Position numbers and translations under genes: made by a program. The notes beneath the pieces were generated by a model. That model had not been told where the DNA came from. It searched no databases and saw only the letters and a list, made by a program, of their open reading frames with translations. Positions 16,745 to 25,933 of a stretch of DNA of 39,289 nt are shown piece after piece (within the stretch, counting starts at the first letter, position 1; each line of letters begins with the position of its first letter). Source of the DNA: a virus (lineage: Duplodnaviria > Caudoviricetes); the IMG/VR virus record IMGVR_UViG_3300031965_001344, positions 1 to 39,289 of that record. The stretch is one strand, 5' to 3'.

Positions 16745-16752
16745 GGCGGCGG

Positions 16753-16801
16753 AGGATAGCCCCGCGCCCGGGCGTTGGGCAGCGGCCCCGCGGTTCGGGG
16801 A
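16753..16801 (-). promoter_or_regulatory. Putative Mor/C-activated late promoter of the head operon
   Basis: TCCCCGAACCGCGGGGCCGCTGCCCA-N17-TATCCT; identical 26-mer with the same spacing at 27970-28018. Confidence 0.75.
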
Positions 16802-16995
16802 AAACCGCCCGGAGCGCGGCGAATTTCGACGAATTTCGACGCCTCTCGACGCCGGACGCCGCCGGGAGGGGCGAGGACGCCCCGAAACATCGCCGTTAAA
16901 CGGGGTTTTAAACACGAGGACGGGCGTCCCGCCCGCGCCGGTAGGTGGGGCGCTCCCCGGGCGCCGATGCGCCTCCTCGACGCTCCTGGCGCGTC

Positions 16996-17043
16996 GTGCC
17001 CGGCACGCATCCGCATGACGTGCCGGGCACGTATCCGCATGAC
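16996..17043 (+). repeat. Micro-repeat pair (2x24 bp)
   Basis: GTGCCCGGCACGCATCCGCATGAC GTGCCGGGCACGTATCCGCATGAC. Confidence 0.9.
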
Positions 17044-17063
17044 AGGTCAGGATGGAGTAGAAA

Positions 17064-17092
17064 TTGACCGGCGCGGCGTCCGGGGCTATCGT
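17064..17092 (+). promoter_or_regulatory. Sigma70-like promoter pointing against late transcription
   Basis: TTGACC-N17-TATCGT with A-rich upstream GTAGAAA. Confidence 0.6.
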
Positions 17093-17097
17093 GGTGT

Positions 17098-17176
17098 CCG
17101 TGATTTCGGCACACGCCGCTGGCGCGCTTCAACGGCCGGGATCCGAAGCCCGGCGGCCCGCGCGCCGGGCTTCATT
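17098..17176 (+). ncRNA. Candidate ~80-nt structured small RNA convergent on the gpF-PBECR2 gene
   Basis: Lies between the promoter and an 11-bp hairpin GAAGCCCGGCG/CGCCGGGCTTC (17145-17173); several internal stems; no convincing ORF. Confidence 0.4.
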
Positions 17177-18434
17177 CGTTGGGCGCGCGCCGCCAGGCCA
17201 GGGTGCCGCCGCGCTGCCGCATGATGTAGGATGCCCGTTCGGGGTCGAACGCGGTGACCCCCGTCCACCCGTTGGGACCGACGTCGAACAGCACGAAGGC
17301 CGGCACGTCCTCCCCCGCCACCCGCCAGCGCGCCATGTAACGGCGCAGCAGGGTGAAGCGGCCGGGTGGGTGCTCCTCCCACTGCCACCAGATCTCGTCC
17401 GGGCTCTTGATGGTGTCGGCCAGCAGCAGCAGCGCGCGCTCCCGGCCGCGCACCGTGACCTTGAGGCCGCCGCCTGGCCGGCGGAAGAGCGCGTCGCCGA
17501 TCACCACCGGCTCGCCGATGACGTCGGTGAACACCGCAGGGCGCTCCGCGGTGGCGCCGAACTCGGCGAGGAAGCGCGCGACGTAGGAGTCCGGGCTTTG
17601 CCCCCGCGGCAGCAGCCGGGACGCCGGCGCCGTGCGCGGTGCCGGCATCGCGGACCCGGCCGGCGGGCCGGAATAGGGGGTGGGCAGCGGACCGCTGCGC
17701 GGCGGCGGCGTGAGGCCGTCCATGCGCCCCTTGCCGATATTGTGGCCCCAGCCCGGGTCGATGCCCTCGGGCACCTCGACGGTCTCCCCCGTGCGGGCGT
17801 TTCGGTAGGGCCGGGTCTTGACCTCCGGCCGGTCGGTGACCTCGAGGTTGCGGCGCTCCAGGTCCCGGTCCGAGAGCTGCTGGACTTGGCAGCGGCAGCT
17901 CCAGCCGTTGGGCGGGAAGTGGGTGTCCCAGAACGGATCGTCGTGGGGCAGGATCGTGCCGTGCCAGGCGCGGTGCTCCGGCCGGGTGCGGGAATCCAGC
18001 ACGGCGACGTAGCGCAGATAGGGCCGCCGGTCCTTGGTGCGCTCCATGCGCTCCCACCGCCCGGCCGCCACCGCCGAGCGCAGGTTGGCGTCGAACATCA
18101 CCCGGAGCCGCCGCGGGCTGCCGAGCTGGGCCGCGACGCTCTCCCCGGTCCTCGGGTCGATGACGGCGCGCCGCCCCCACCAGCCCTTCTCCTGGAGCAC
18201 CGGCGTGAGCTTCTTGGCGAAGTCCTGGAAGGTCTCGCCCTTGGCGATCGCGTCGTCCAGGGCCGTGCGGATGTCGGCCAGGATGTCGAGGCGCATGGCC
18301 TTGGCGACGGTGAATGCCCTGGCGTGCTCCTGGCCCCACACCTCGCGCCAGTCGAAGCCGATCCGGAACCCCTTGTCGCGGAAGAACCGGACGGCTTCCG
18401 CCGGCGGCAGGGCGACGAGATCGACACCGGCCAC
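17172..18434 (-). CDS. Mu gpF (gp30) minor head protein fused to a C-terminal PBECR2-like nuclease-fold domain
   Basis: HARAFTVAKA, GSPRRL, D.RTRPEH..WHG, FPPNGWSCRC, GIDPGW..N.G; C-terminal LLADTIKSPDEIW..RRY..W.GVTAF. Confidence 0.9.
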   Translation of the reverse strand: MAGVDLVALPPAEAVRFFRDKGFRIGFDWREVWGQEHARAFTVAKAMRLDILADIRTALDDAIAKGETFQDFAKKLTPVLQEKGWWGRRAVIDPRTGESVAAQLGSPRRLRVMFDANLRSAVAAGRWERMERTKDRRPYLRYVAVLDSRTRPEHRAWHGTILPHDDPFWDTHFPPNGWSCRCQVQQLSDRDLERRNLEVTDRPEVKTRPYRNARTGETVEVPEGIDPGWGHNIGKGRMDGLTPPPRSGPLPTPYSGPPAGSAMPAPRTAPASRLLPRGQSPDSYVARFLAEFGATAERPAVFTDVIGEPVVIGDALFRRPGGGLKVTVRGRERALLLLADTIKSPDEIWWQWEEHPPGRFTLLRRYMARWRVAGEDVPAFVLFDVGPNGWTGVTAFDPERASYIMRQRGGTLAWRRAPNE

Positions 18435-18447
18435 GGCTCAGGCCCTC

Positions 18448-18474
18448 TTGCCGCCCGGCGCGCATTCGCACGTC
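18448..18474 (+). repeat. Micro-repeat unit (27 bp) at a gene junction
   Basis: TTGCCGCCCGGCGCGCATTCGCACGTC. Confidence 0.75.
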
Positions 18475-18790
18475 ATGCGATGCTGCCCGTGTCGGTCACC
18501 TTGAGCTCGGGGGTCTCGACCATCTCCTCCCCGGCCGAGGTGGCGACCTCGCAGTAGATGACGTAGATGCCGGCCGGCTGGTCGGCGGCGCCGGCGGCGT
18601 CGTCCAGGGTGAACTCGACCCGGGGCCCGTTGATCGCCCCGGCGGGGCTGCCGAACTGCGCCGAGACCACCGCGCCATCCTTCTGGACGCGGAGCGCCAG
18701 CACCGAGTCGAGCGTCTCGCCCGCCTCGAGCCGGGCGGTGAAGTCGATGGCGAAGACCTCTTTTTCGTTGCGGTGCTTCAACAGGCGCAT
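18473..18790 (-). CDS. Putative fibre adaptor / small virion protein
   Basis: K...E...FAIDF..RL..GETL.S and Y.I.C.V.TS.GE pattern seen in phage fibre-adaptor proteins. Confidence 0.6.
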   Translation of the reverse strand: MRLLKHRNEKEVFAIDFTARLEAGETLDSVLALRVQKDGAVVSAQFGSPAGAINGPRVEFTLDDAAGAADQPAGIYVIYCEVATSAGEEMVETPELKVTDTGSIA

Positions 18791-18815
18791 GGCTGATCCC
18801 TTTCACTGGCCCCTT

Positions 18816-20858
18816 TTACTGGCCCCTTTTCCTGGCGACGTGGACACGCGGCCGCCTCCGCGCGCCGGCGGCGGCCACCCGGTCGCGCGCCCTGGCGATC
18901 GCGACCTGGCTGATGGCCGCCGGACCGCCCGCGGTGGGCGTGAGCGCCAGCGCCGCGCTCGCTTCCCGCGCCTGGCCCAGCGCGAGAGCGATGGCGCCGG
19001 CGGCCGGCATGACCGCCGGCGCCGCGTCCGTCTCCTGCGCCCGGCCCAGGCCCACGGCGGCGAGGGCCGCCAGGATGACCGGCAGGGGGAGGGAGATCTC
19101 CGAGGCGATGCCGAGGGCCAGCGCGACGGCGCCGGGTTGCGGCGCGATCGCAAGCGCCGCGTCGGCTTCCTGGGCCCGGCCGAGGGTCACCGCGATGGCG
19201 CCGGCGGCCGGCGCGATGGGCAGGGCCGCGTCCGTTTCCCCCGCCTGCCCGAGCACCGCCGTCTTGGCACCGCTCGACGCCGCGATCGCCAGGGCCGCGT
19301 CGGTCTCCTGGGCCTGGCCGAGGACCACCGTGGCCTGGGCCGCGGCCGTCACCGGGAGGGCGGCGTCCGCCTCGGCCGCCGGGCCGAGGGGAACGCTGGC
19401 GGCGCCGGCCTGGGGCGCCGCCGGCAGCGCCGCGTCGGCCTCCTGCGCCCGGCCGAGGGCCACCGCGAGCGCGCCGGCGGCCGGCGCGATGGGCAGCGGC
19501 GAGTCCGTTTCCCCCGCCTGCCCGAGCACAACCGTCTGGGCGCCGCTCGTCGCCGCGATCGCCGGTGCCGCGTCGCTCTCCTGGGCCTGGCCGAGGATTA
19601 CCGTGGCCTGGGCCGCGACCGTCACGGGGAGGGCGGCGTCCGCCTCCGCCGCCTGGCCGAGGGCCAGCGTGACGGCGCCGGCGGCCGGCCCGATGGGCAG
19701 CGGCGAGTCCGTTTCCTGCGCCTGGCCGAGGACCACCGTGGCCTGGGCCGCGACCGTCACGGGGAGGGCGGCATCCGCCTCGGCCGCCTGGCCGACGGGA
19801 ACGGTGGCGGCGCCGGCCTGCGGCGTTGCCGGGAGCGCCGCGTCGGCCTCCTGCGCCCGGCCGAGGACCACCGTGGCCTGGGCCGCGGCCGTCACGGGGA
19901 GGGCGGCATCCGCCTCGGCCGCCTGGCCGAGGGGAACGGCGGCGGCGCCGGCCTGCGGCGTTGCCGGGAGCGCCGCGTCGGCCTCGGCCGCCTGCCCCAG
20001 ACCCACGGCGGCGAGGGCCGCCATGGTGACCGGCAGGGCGAGGGAGATCTCCGGGGCGATGCCGAGGGCCAGCGTGACGGCGCCGGGTTGCGGCGTCGCC
20101 GGCAGAGCCGTATCGGTCTCCTGGGCCTGGCCGATGGCGAGGCTCGCGGGGCCGCCGGCGGGGGCGATGGCGAGGGCGCTGTCTGCCTCCGCCGCCTGGC
20201 CGACCTCGACGGTGCCGCCCCCGCCCGCTGCTCCAGCGGGCTTGATGGCGACGGTGGCGGCACAAGAGCCGAGATCGCCAGACACCCCACCGCAAATTCC
20301 AGGGTCTTCCGCGCCCGCCGTGGGAATGGACTTGGACGCCGCGATCACGCCTGCTTTATAGGTATCCACCCCCGCGTCGTCTTCGAGATTTCCATACCCG
20401 GAGGGTGCGGTTGGTGCCCAAGAGCCCGAATGACCAACGCCCGCAAACATCAGCACGACGGCATCGTCGGTGTTGGTGGTGATGGCCGGTGCGTCCCAGG
20501 TTGCCACGACCGTGGTGGTCGTGGCGTCCTCGGGCGTCGTCGTATCAGCGCCGGTCCAGATATGAACTAAGCCTGCGACACCAAAATCCGAGCCCCCATG
20601 CCCATTAAACTGCACGGAACTATCCGGCGTTGACCCCATAACCTTTCTGTAAACACCAATATCAAGCAATGCAGAGTTGAGATCGGCAAGCTCTGTATAA
20701 CCTGATGTGATAGGCGCCATGTCTTGATCAGAGAATGATGTCTCGGCATAAGCCGCATAAACAACATCATCCTCGGCCACGCCAGCCGGAAAGGTGACGG
20801 TGATGTCGGCACCGTTCGCCCCATTATTAGAGGCGGTGCCGCGAAGCGAGAGCGCCAC
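18816..20858 (-). CDS. Putative fibre protein: low-GC N-terminal globular domain plus ~19 Ala-rich 20-21-aa repeats
   Basis: Repeated LGQAxExDAALP; Gly hinge AAGGGG; GTG start. Confidence 0.75.
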   Translation of the reverse strand: MALSLRGTASNNGANGADITVTFPAGVAEDDVVYAAYAETSFSDQDMAPITSGYTELADLNSALLDIGVYRKVMGSTPDSSVQFNGHGGSDFGVAGLVHIWTGADTTTPEDATTTTVVATWDAPAITTNTDDAVVLMFAGVGHSGSWAPTAPSGYGNLEDDAGVDTYKAGVIAASKSIPTAGAEDPGICGGVSGDLGSCAATVAIKPAGAAGGGGTVEVGQAAEADSALAIAPAGGPASLAIGQAQETDTALPATPQPGAVTLALGIAPEISLALPVTMAALAAVGLGQAAEADAALPATPQAGAAAVPLGQAAEADAALPVTAAAQATVVLGRAQEADAALPATPQAGAATVPVGQAAEADAALPVTVAAQATVVLGQAQETDSPLPIGPAAGAVTLALGQAAEADAALPVTVAAQATVILGQAQESDAAPAIAATSGAQTVVLGQAGETDSPLPIAPAAGALAVALGRAQEADAALPAAPQAGAASVPLGPAAEADAALPVTAAAQATVVLGQAQETDAALAIAASSGAKTAVLGQAGETDAALPIAPAAGAIAVTLGRAQEADAALAIAPQPGAVALALGIASEISLPLPVILAALAAVGLGRAQETDAAPAVMPAAGAIALALGQAREASAALALTPTAGGPAAISQVAIARARDRVAAAGARRRPRVHVARKRGQ
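18940..20210 (-). repeat. Intragenic tandem 60-63-bp coding repeats (~19 units, approximate bounds)
   Basis: Near-identical blocks such as GGCCGAGGACCACCGTGGCCTGGGCCGCG recur. Confidence 0.85.
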
Positions 20859-20867
20859 GACGCGCCC

Positions 20868-21371
20868 CTACACGAAGATGGAGCGCAGCGCGTCGATGCG
20901 GGCCTGGACGGCCGGGCTCTTGTTCACCGTGACGGTCATGTCCGGGTTCGGCCAGGACCGGTTGACATGGACCAGGGGATCCTGGCTCGTCGGAATATCC
21001 GTCCCCGCGCCGGGAAGGTTCGCCCGCGCCCAGGCCTCGAAGGCCGACGCCGCCGCATACAATCCCTTATAGTCGGCCTCGATCTCCGCGCGGGTCTTCT
21101 CCGGCCCGCCGATCCCGGCCTCCCGCGTGCTCGCGACCAACGCCTCCGTCACCCTGGCGAGGCTGCCGGAGTCCATCCAGGTGTCGGCCTCGGCGACGAA
21201 GCGCTCGCAGTTGGCCGCCAGATCGTAGATCTTTATCACGTCGAGCCGGACCTCCGCCGTGATCTCGTTGCAGCGGCGATAGATCCAGGCCGCGAGCCGG
21301 AACAGCGTCTCCGCGCCCTGGCGCGGGTCGCGCGTCCCCGCCGTGGAGTCGATCGGTGGTGCGAGGGGCAT
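20868..21371 (-). CDS. Hypothetical protein
   Basis: AAAGGAG RBS; plausible composition; packed within operon. Confidence 0.75.
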   Translation of the reverse strand: MPLAPPIDSTAGTRDPRQGAETLFRLAAWIYRRCNEITAEVRLDVIKIYDLAANCERFVAEADTWMDSGSLARVTEALVASTREAGIGGPEKTRAEIEADYKGLYAAASAFEAWARANLPGAGTDIPTSQDPLVHVNRSWPNPDMTVTVNKSPAVQARIDALRSIFV

Positions 21372-21432
21372 GGGCGTTTCTCCTTTCTAGCTTCGGCCCC
21401 GCGGGCCGGCGAACGGGGCGGGCGAACGGGGC

Positions 21433-21912
21433 TCAGGACGCCCTGAACCACCCGTTGGCGTCGATCTGCCCGGTGATGTCGCCGCCGTTCGTGGTGATCG
21501 CGAAATCATAGTGCGCGAGGACGATGATGTTGGCGTCGGTCCCCGCGCCGGTGTCGGCGTCGTAGCAGATCAGCATCTTGACGAGGTCGTTGTTGGCGGC
21601 GCCGCCCGCTTCCACCCAGGTCGGGTCGGGCATGTCCACCTCGTAGCGGTTGTTGGTGTCGTCGGGCGCCGGCAGGACGGCGAGCTCGGCGTCGGTCACC
21701 GTGATGCGCGCATAATTCGTGAAGTCCGCCTCGGTGTTGCCGCCGGCCGCGAGGAGCGCGCCGAGATCGTCGTAGTCCTCGAGGGTGGCGTCGGCCTCGG
21801 CCGCCTTGAGCAGGACCAGGACGAACGCGGAAGCGGCGGGGTCGTTGTTCTCGACCCGGTTGTAGAGCTCGACAATGCGCCCCTTGGCGATATTCATGAT
21901 GCCATCGGCCAT
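21433..21912 (-). CDS. Conserved phage structural protein, probably fibre-module component
   Basis: MAD...NIAKG, EADFTNYAR, DF..TTNGGDIT..I..NG.F; AAGGA RBS. Confidence 0.7.
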   Translation of the reverse strand: MADGIMNIAKGRIVELYNRVENNDPAASAFVLVLLKAAEADATLEDYDDLGALLAAGGNTEADFTNYARITVTDAELAVLPAPDDTNNRYEVDMPDPTWVEAGGAANNDLVKMLICYDADTGAGTDANIIVLAHYDFAITTNGGDITGQIDANGWFRAS

Positions 21913-21927
21913 GATTACTTTTCCTTC

Positions 21928-23502
21928 TCAGTCCGTGGTTGAGTCCGTGGTGTTGGCGCCGGTCTCGCCGGCGAGGCGGGCCGCGAAGCCCGCGCGGGCC
22001 AGCAGCTCGGTGAGCCGCTCGGGCTCGATGGATGCGACGGCCGCGGCCAGCGCCGCGCGCGCGGCCTCCGGCGTCCTGGCCTTCCCGAGGACCTCGCGCA
22101 GCGGCGCGACGACCTCCTCCATGACGGGCTCCCAGCCGTCGGCCTCCAGGAGCTCGAGGATCAGCGCGTCGACCGAATCGGCTTCCACGGCCCCGGCGGC
22201 CGCCAGCGCGGTGCGATCGCGCGGCGGCGCGCCCGGCGGCACGTCGCGCGGAGGCGCGGCCGGCGAGAGCAGCTCGTCGTCGTCCTTGGGGTCCTCGAGG
22301 CCGAGCTTGCCGCGAATCTCGCGCGCAGACACGCGGAGCCCGAGCGGCACCAGCTTGGCCACCGATTCGGTCAGCAGCGCCATGTCGTCCTGCTCGGGCC
22401 GCGCGATCTCGATGTGCGGGTAGGCCGGGCGAGGGCCCAGGTTGAGGTCGATCAGGGGGCGCACCAGGTCGCGGTTGAGGGTGGCGGCGAGCTGCTTGGC
22501 GTCCGAGCGCTCGATGTCGCCGCGCACCCCGTCGTGGACCTTGCCGGCGGCGTAGCTGCCGGAGTCCCCGACCTCGGTGGTCAGCGTCTGCCCCAGCACC
22601 GCCTTGGAGATCTGCTTGTCGATATACTCCGCCATCTCCTTGTAGAGCTGGCCGGTCTCGCGCGAGGCCCCCGTCTCGACGAACTCGATCATCATGCTTT
22701 CGGGGACGATGGCGGCGGCGTCGGTGCCGATGTTGGCGACCGCCCTGAGCAGGATCGCCTTGTCCTCGTCGGAGGCGGAGGGGTGGAACTTGCCCACGCG
22801 CAGCGGCATGCCGTAGACCTCGATGAAGGCGATCCAGTCCTTGAGGTCGTAGTTCTTGAACAGGTATCCCCAGGCCGCCGCCCGGGCGAGCCCGCCCCGG
22901 ATCGGCAGGCCCGACTTAGCCTTGTGGTGGTGGGTGACGAACTTCCAGGCCGGCAGCGGCTGGGGCCCCTCCTCGGTCCTGAGCCGCAGCGTTCGGCCGT
23001 CGACCCGGTCGAGCTCAAACCAGCGCGGGTCGCGCCACTCGAGGCGGGCGGGCATCCACTGGCGCTCCGACATGTCCCAGACGATCTCGGTCGCCGAGTA
23101 GCCCTTGCCCACGGCGTCGAGGATGTCCACCACCTCGTCCTCGAGGCAGTCGCGGCCGAGCGCCGCCTCGACCAGCTCCGCCGCGCGGGCGTCCTCGGGG
23201 GCGTCGGAGGCCGGGACCACGGTGATGTCGAGCTGGGCCACGGCGCGCTTCCGCGTGCCGATGACCGAGAGGTAATGGAGGTCCTTCTCCTCCATCTCCT
23301 CGGCGAGCTCCAGGTAGCGCAGCGGGTCGCCGTCCTCGGCGCCGCGCAGGATCGAGGCCAGGCGCTGGGGCGTGAGCCCCTGGGCCGGGTGGCCGGTCAT
23401 GACCGAGCGCACGCCGGACAGGGTCGGGGCGGCGATCTCCTTCTTGAGCAGCGAGCGGTCGATCGGCCGGTTGTCGGGGCCGTAGAGCGTCACCTCAGCC
23501 AT
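21928..23502 (-). CDS. Portal protein (Mu gp29, DUF935)
   Basis: LAEEMEEKD.H, LDAVGKGYS, FIEVYGMPLRVGK, ISKAVLGQTLT; TGATG overlap with terL. Confidence 0.95.
   Translation of the reverse strand: MAEVTLYGPDNRPIDRSLLKKEIAAPTLSGVRSVMTGHPAQGLTPQRLASILRGAEDGDPLRYLELAEEMEEKDLHYLSVIGTRKRAVAQLDITVVPASDAPEDARAAELVEAALGRDCLEDEVVDILDAVGKGYSATEIVWDMSERQWMPARLEWRDPRWFELDRVDGRTLRLRTEEGPQPLPAWKFVTHHHKAKSGLPIRGGLARAAAWGYLFKNYDLKDWIAFIEVYGMPLRVGKFHPSASDEDKAILLRAVANIGTDAAAIVPESMMIEFVETGASRETGQLYKEMAEYIDKQISKAVLGQTLTTEVGDSGSYAAGKVHDGVRGDIERSDAKQLAATLNRDLVRPLIDLNLGPRPAYPHIEIARPEQDDMALLTESVAKLVPLGLRVSAREIRGKLGLEDPKDDDELLSPAAPPRDVPPGAPPRDRTALAAAGAVEADSVDALILELLEADGWEPVMEEVVAPLREVLGKARTPEAARAALAAAVASIEPERLTELLARAGFAARLAGETGANTTDSTTD
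22216..22269 (-). repeat. Two degenerate 27-bp micro-repeat units in the portal C-terminal linker
   Basis: Encodes LSPAAPPRD VPPGAPPRD. Confidence 0.65.
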
Positions 23503-25061
23503 CACCACGCCCCCCTGATGCCGTGCCAGCCGCCCGCGCGCCGGTCCTCGCCGGGCGGCGGTCGGAGTGGAGAGCGGCCGCCGGCGGGCGTCTCGTAGCC
23601 GTAGGCGGCGATGTCCATGTCGGCGGCGAAGTGAAGCATGGCGCCGGCGATCGCCGCGTCGCCGTGGCGCTGGCCGCCGCGCTCGGAGCGGGACCGCAGC
23701 CCCTCGGGCACGGAGATCACCCCCTTGTCCCGGCGCAGGCCGCGGAGGTCCTGGCGCAGGTCGCCGTCGCGCGGCAGCTCGATGGTGGCGTCCTCGAAGC
23801 GCGCGACGAAGCCCGGCATGGTCTCGCGGTACCAGGCCTGGGTCGCCATCACCTGGGCGACCCGGGTGGCCCCGAAGGTCTGCATCGCCCGCTCGGCGAT
23901 GGTCGCGCCCAGGCCGCGGGCGTCGACCGCGGCGGCGGCGAACCGCGGCACGCGCCGCAAGACGTGGAACAGGATGGTCTCCTGCTCCTTGAACGGGCAG
24001 TTGCGCAGCTCCACCACGAAGGGCACGCGCAGCACCGCCCCCGCCTTCTGGGCCGGCATGAACACCGTGAGGTCGCCGGTGCGGCCGAAGTCGCCGCCGA
24101 GAAAGCTCAGCAGCCCCGGGTCCATCAGTTCGATCAGCGGGTCCAGCGCGTCATCGATCCAGGCCCGCGCCTCGGCGTCGCGCACCGCGTCGGGCTCGAG
24201 CTCGAAGCCGGCCGGGCAGTGCCACCAGACGACGCGGCCGGCGGCGCTCATGCAGCGGTCGATCACCGCGCGCGACAGCACGACGCCGGCGCCCTGGGAG
24301 GGGACGACGTCGAGCTCCTCGGCCGCGTCCTCGCCGTAGATGCCCCGGATACTGGCGACCCATTCGGCCTCGGCCGCCGGCGTCCAGGCCTTGCCCCGCA
24401 CCAGGCAGATGCGCGCATAAAGCCCCTCGGCCACCGCGTCGTCGAAGGTGACCCGCATGAGGCCGTAATCCCTGCGCCCGGCGCGGATGTCCTCGACCAG
24501 CTCGTTGAACGGGTTGTCGGCCCCCTCGTGGGTCGAGAGCACGATGACCCGGCCGCCCCAGATCAGCATCGCCAGCGCCGCCTTCATCAGCCCCGGCAGG
24601 TCGTCGTGGAACGCCGCCTCGTCGATGATCACCAGGCCCTGGCGCGAGCGCAGGCTGCGCGGCTTGGAGCTGAGCGCCTTGATCTCGAAGCCCGAGGGGA
24701 AGGCGACGCGGAAGGCCAGGATCTCGACCTCCTTCCCGCCCACCGTCTCGCGCCAGACCGTGGCCTCGACCTCGGCGGCGAAGCCGTGCAGGGCCCTGGC
24801 CCAGAACGCCGCGTCGTCGATGAACTCCCGCGCCATGTCGAGGTTGTAGCCGATGTAGAGCGCGTCCATGCCGCCGCCCGCGCGCCCCAAGGCGGCCGTC
24901 TCCACCGCGAGGTAGGCGAAGGTCCAGGACGCGCCGATGCGGCGCGACTTCTCGACCACGGTGACCGGATGGAGAGACGTCGTCTCGAGCATCTCCCGCT
25001 GGTAGGGAAGCAGGACCGGGGGCGTGTCGTCGGGGTGGCGGCCGGGCAGGATCTCCGTCAT
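23502..25061 (-). CDS. terL: Terminase large subunit (Mu gp28-like)
   Basis: LLPYQ, EKSRRIG, VIIDEAAFH, STH.G..NPFN, GGDFGRTGD, HGDAAIA. Confidence 0.95.
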   Translation of the reverse strand: MTEILPGRHPDDTPPVLLPYQREMLETTSLHPVTVVEKSRRIGASWTFAYLAVETAALGRAGGGMDALYIGYNLDMAREFIDDAAFWARALHGFAAEVEATVWRETVGGKEVEILAFRVAFPSGFEIKALSSKPRSLRSRQGLVIIDEAAFHDDLPGLMKAALAMLIWGGRVIVLSTHEGADNPFNELVEDIRAGRRDYGLMRVTFDDAVAEGLYARICLVRGKAWTPAAEAEWVASIRGIYGEDAAEELDVVPSQGAGVVLSRAVIDRCMSAAGRVVWWHCPAGFELEPDAVRDAEARAWIDDALDPLIELMDPGLLSFLGGDFGRTGDLTVFMPAQKAGAVLRVPFVVELRNCPFKEQETILFHVLRRVPRFAAAAVDARGLGATIAERAMQTFGATRVAQVMATQAWYRETMPGFVARFEDATIELPRDGDLRQDLRGLRRDKGVISVPEGLRSRSERGGQRHGDAAIAGAMLHFAADMDIAAYGYETPAGGRSPLRPPPGEDRRAGGWHGIRGAW

Positions 25062-25600
25062 GGCGTCCCCACGATCCCCAGAACGCCGCGCCGGAACTTC
25101 TCGATCGTGGCCTTGTCGAGTCCCTGGTCCGTGGCGATCCGCTCGACCTCATCCGCCACCGCCTCGGCGAACTCGTTGCGCTCGCGGATTTGCCGTTCGA
25201 CTTCCTGCTTGGCGGCCGCCGCGAGGTCCCTGAGCGCCCGGGAGAGAAACATCGCCGACTGCGGGTCGAGGGTGATCGGTCCCTCCTCGCCGCCCGACAG
25301 GAGCTGCATCACGCCCGCGTGCATGAGCTCGATGTTGAGCCGCGCGGTCCTGTCCTCGCCGCCCTCGCCGAGCCGCGCCATGATGGCCTCGGCCGCGGCC
25401 CGGCTCTCGCGCACCCGCGCGGCGATGGCATCGATCTTCTGGACATGCTCGCCGAGGGTCGAACGCGCCACCTCGACGTCGAGCTCCAAGAGCTTGTCGC
25501 GGATCTCGTCGATGGTGCGGCCCGCGTCCCGTAGCCGCGCGATCAGGTCGCGGACGTCCGCCGGCAGCCGCTCGATCTTGGTGGGCCTCCGCATCGGCAA
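25058..25600 (-). CDS. Mu gp27 / DUF3486 protein (putative terminase small subunit)
   Basis: R..KIERLP..VR, SRAAAE, ..R..VLGI end; directly upstream of terL. Confidence 0.85.
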   Translation of the reverse strand: MPMRRPTKIERLPADVRDLIARLRDAGRTIDEIRDKLLELDVEVARSTLGEHVQKIDAIAARVRESRAAAEAIMARLGEGGEDRTARLNIELMHAGVMQLLSGGEEGPITLDPQSAMFLSRALRDLAAAAKQEVERQIRERNEFAEAVADEVERIATDQGLDKATIEKFRRGVLGIVGTP

Positions 25601-25609
25601 CGTCCTCGA

Positions 25610-25933
25610 TCAGGCCGGCCGGTGGCGCTTGACACCCGGCGCCGAGGCGCGGCCGGCGGCGACCTCCGCGCCCTGGTCGGTGAGCCGCGCCAGGATCGCG
25701 CCGCCGGGCGCGCCGCCCGGCGACATCCGGTCGCCCAGCTCCTCCAGGGCCAGGAGATCCAGGTCCGCGAGCAGCTGGAAATCGGCGCGCACGACGTCGC
25801 GGCGCACGCCGTGGCCGAGGGCGGCCAGGGCCGATGCCATCACGGAATCGTTGATGGCCTCGTCGCCGTCCTGGGCCAGGAGCTGCAGGATCGCGAGGCG
25901 CCTGGCCTCGTCGAGGAGCGTCTTGAGACTCAT
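25610..25933 (-). CDS. Mu gp26-like winged-helix protein
   Basis: RRLAIL.LL, ND, LT..G.EVAAGR...PGVKR..P. Confidence 0.85.
   Translation of the reverse strand: MSLKTLLDEARRLAILQLLAQDGDEAINDSVMASALAALGHGVRRDVVRADFQLLADLDLLALEELGDRMSPGGAPGGAILARLTDQGAEVAAGRASAPGVKRHRPA
25698..25724 (+). repeat. Degenerate 27-bp micro-repeat unit, in frame within the gp26-like gene
   Basis: GCGCCGCCGGGCGCGCCGCCCGGCGAC flanked by ATC on both sides. Confidence 0.55.
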
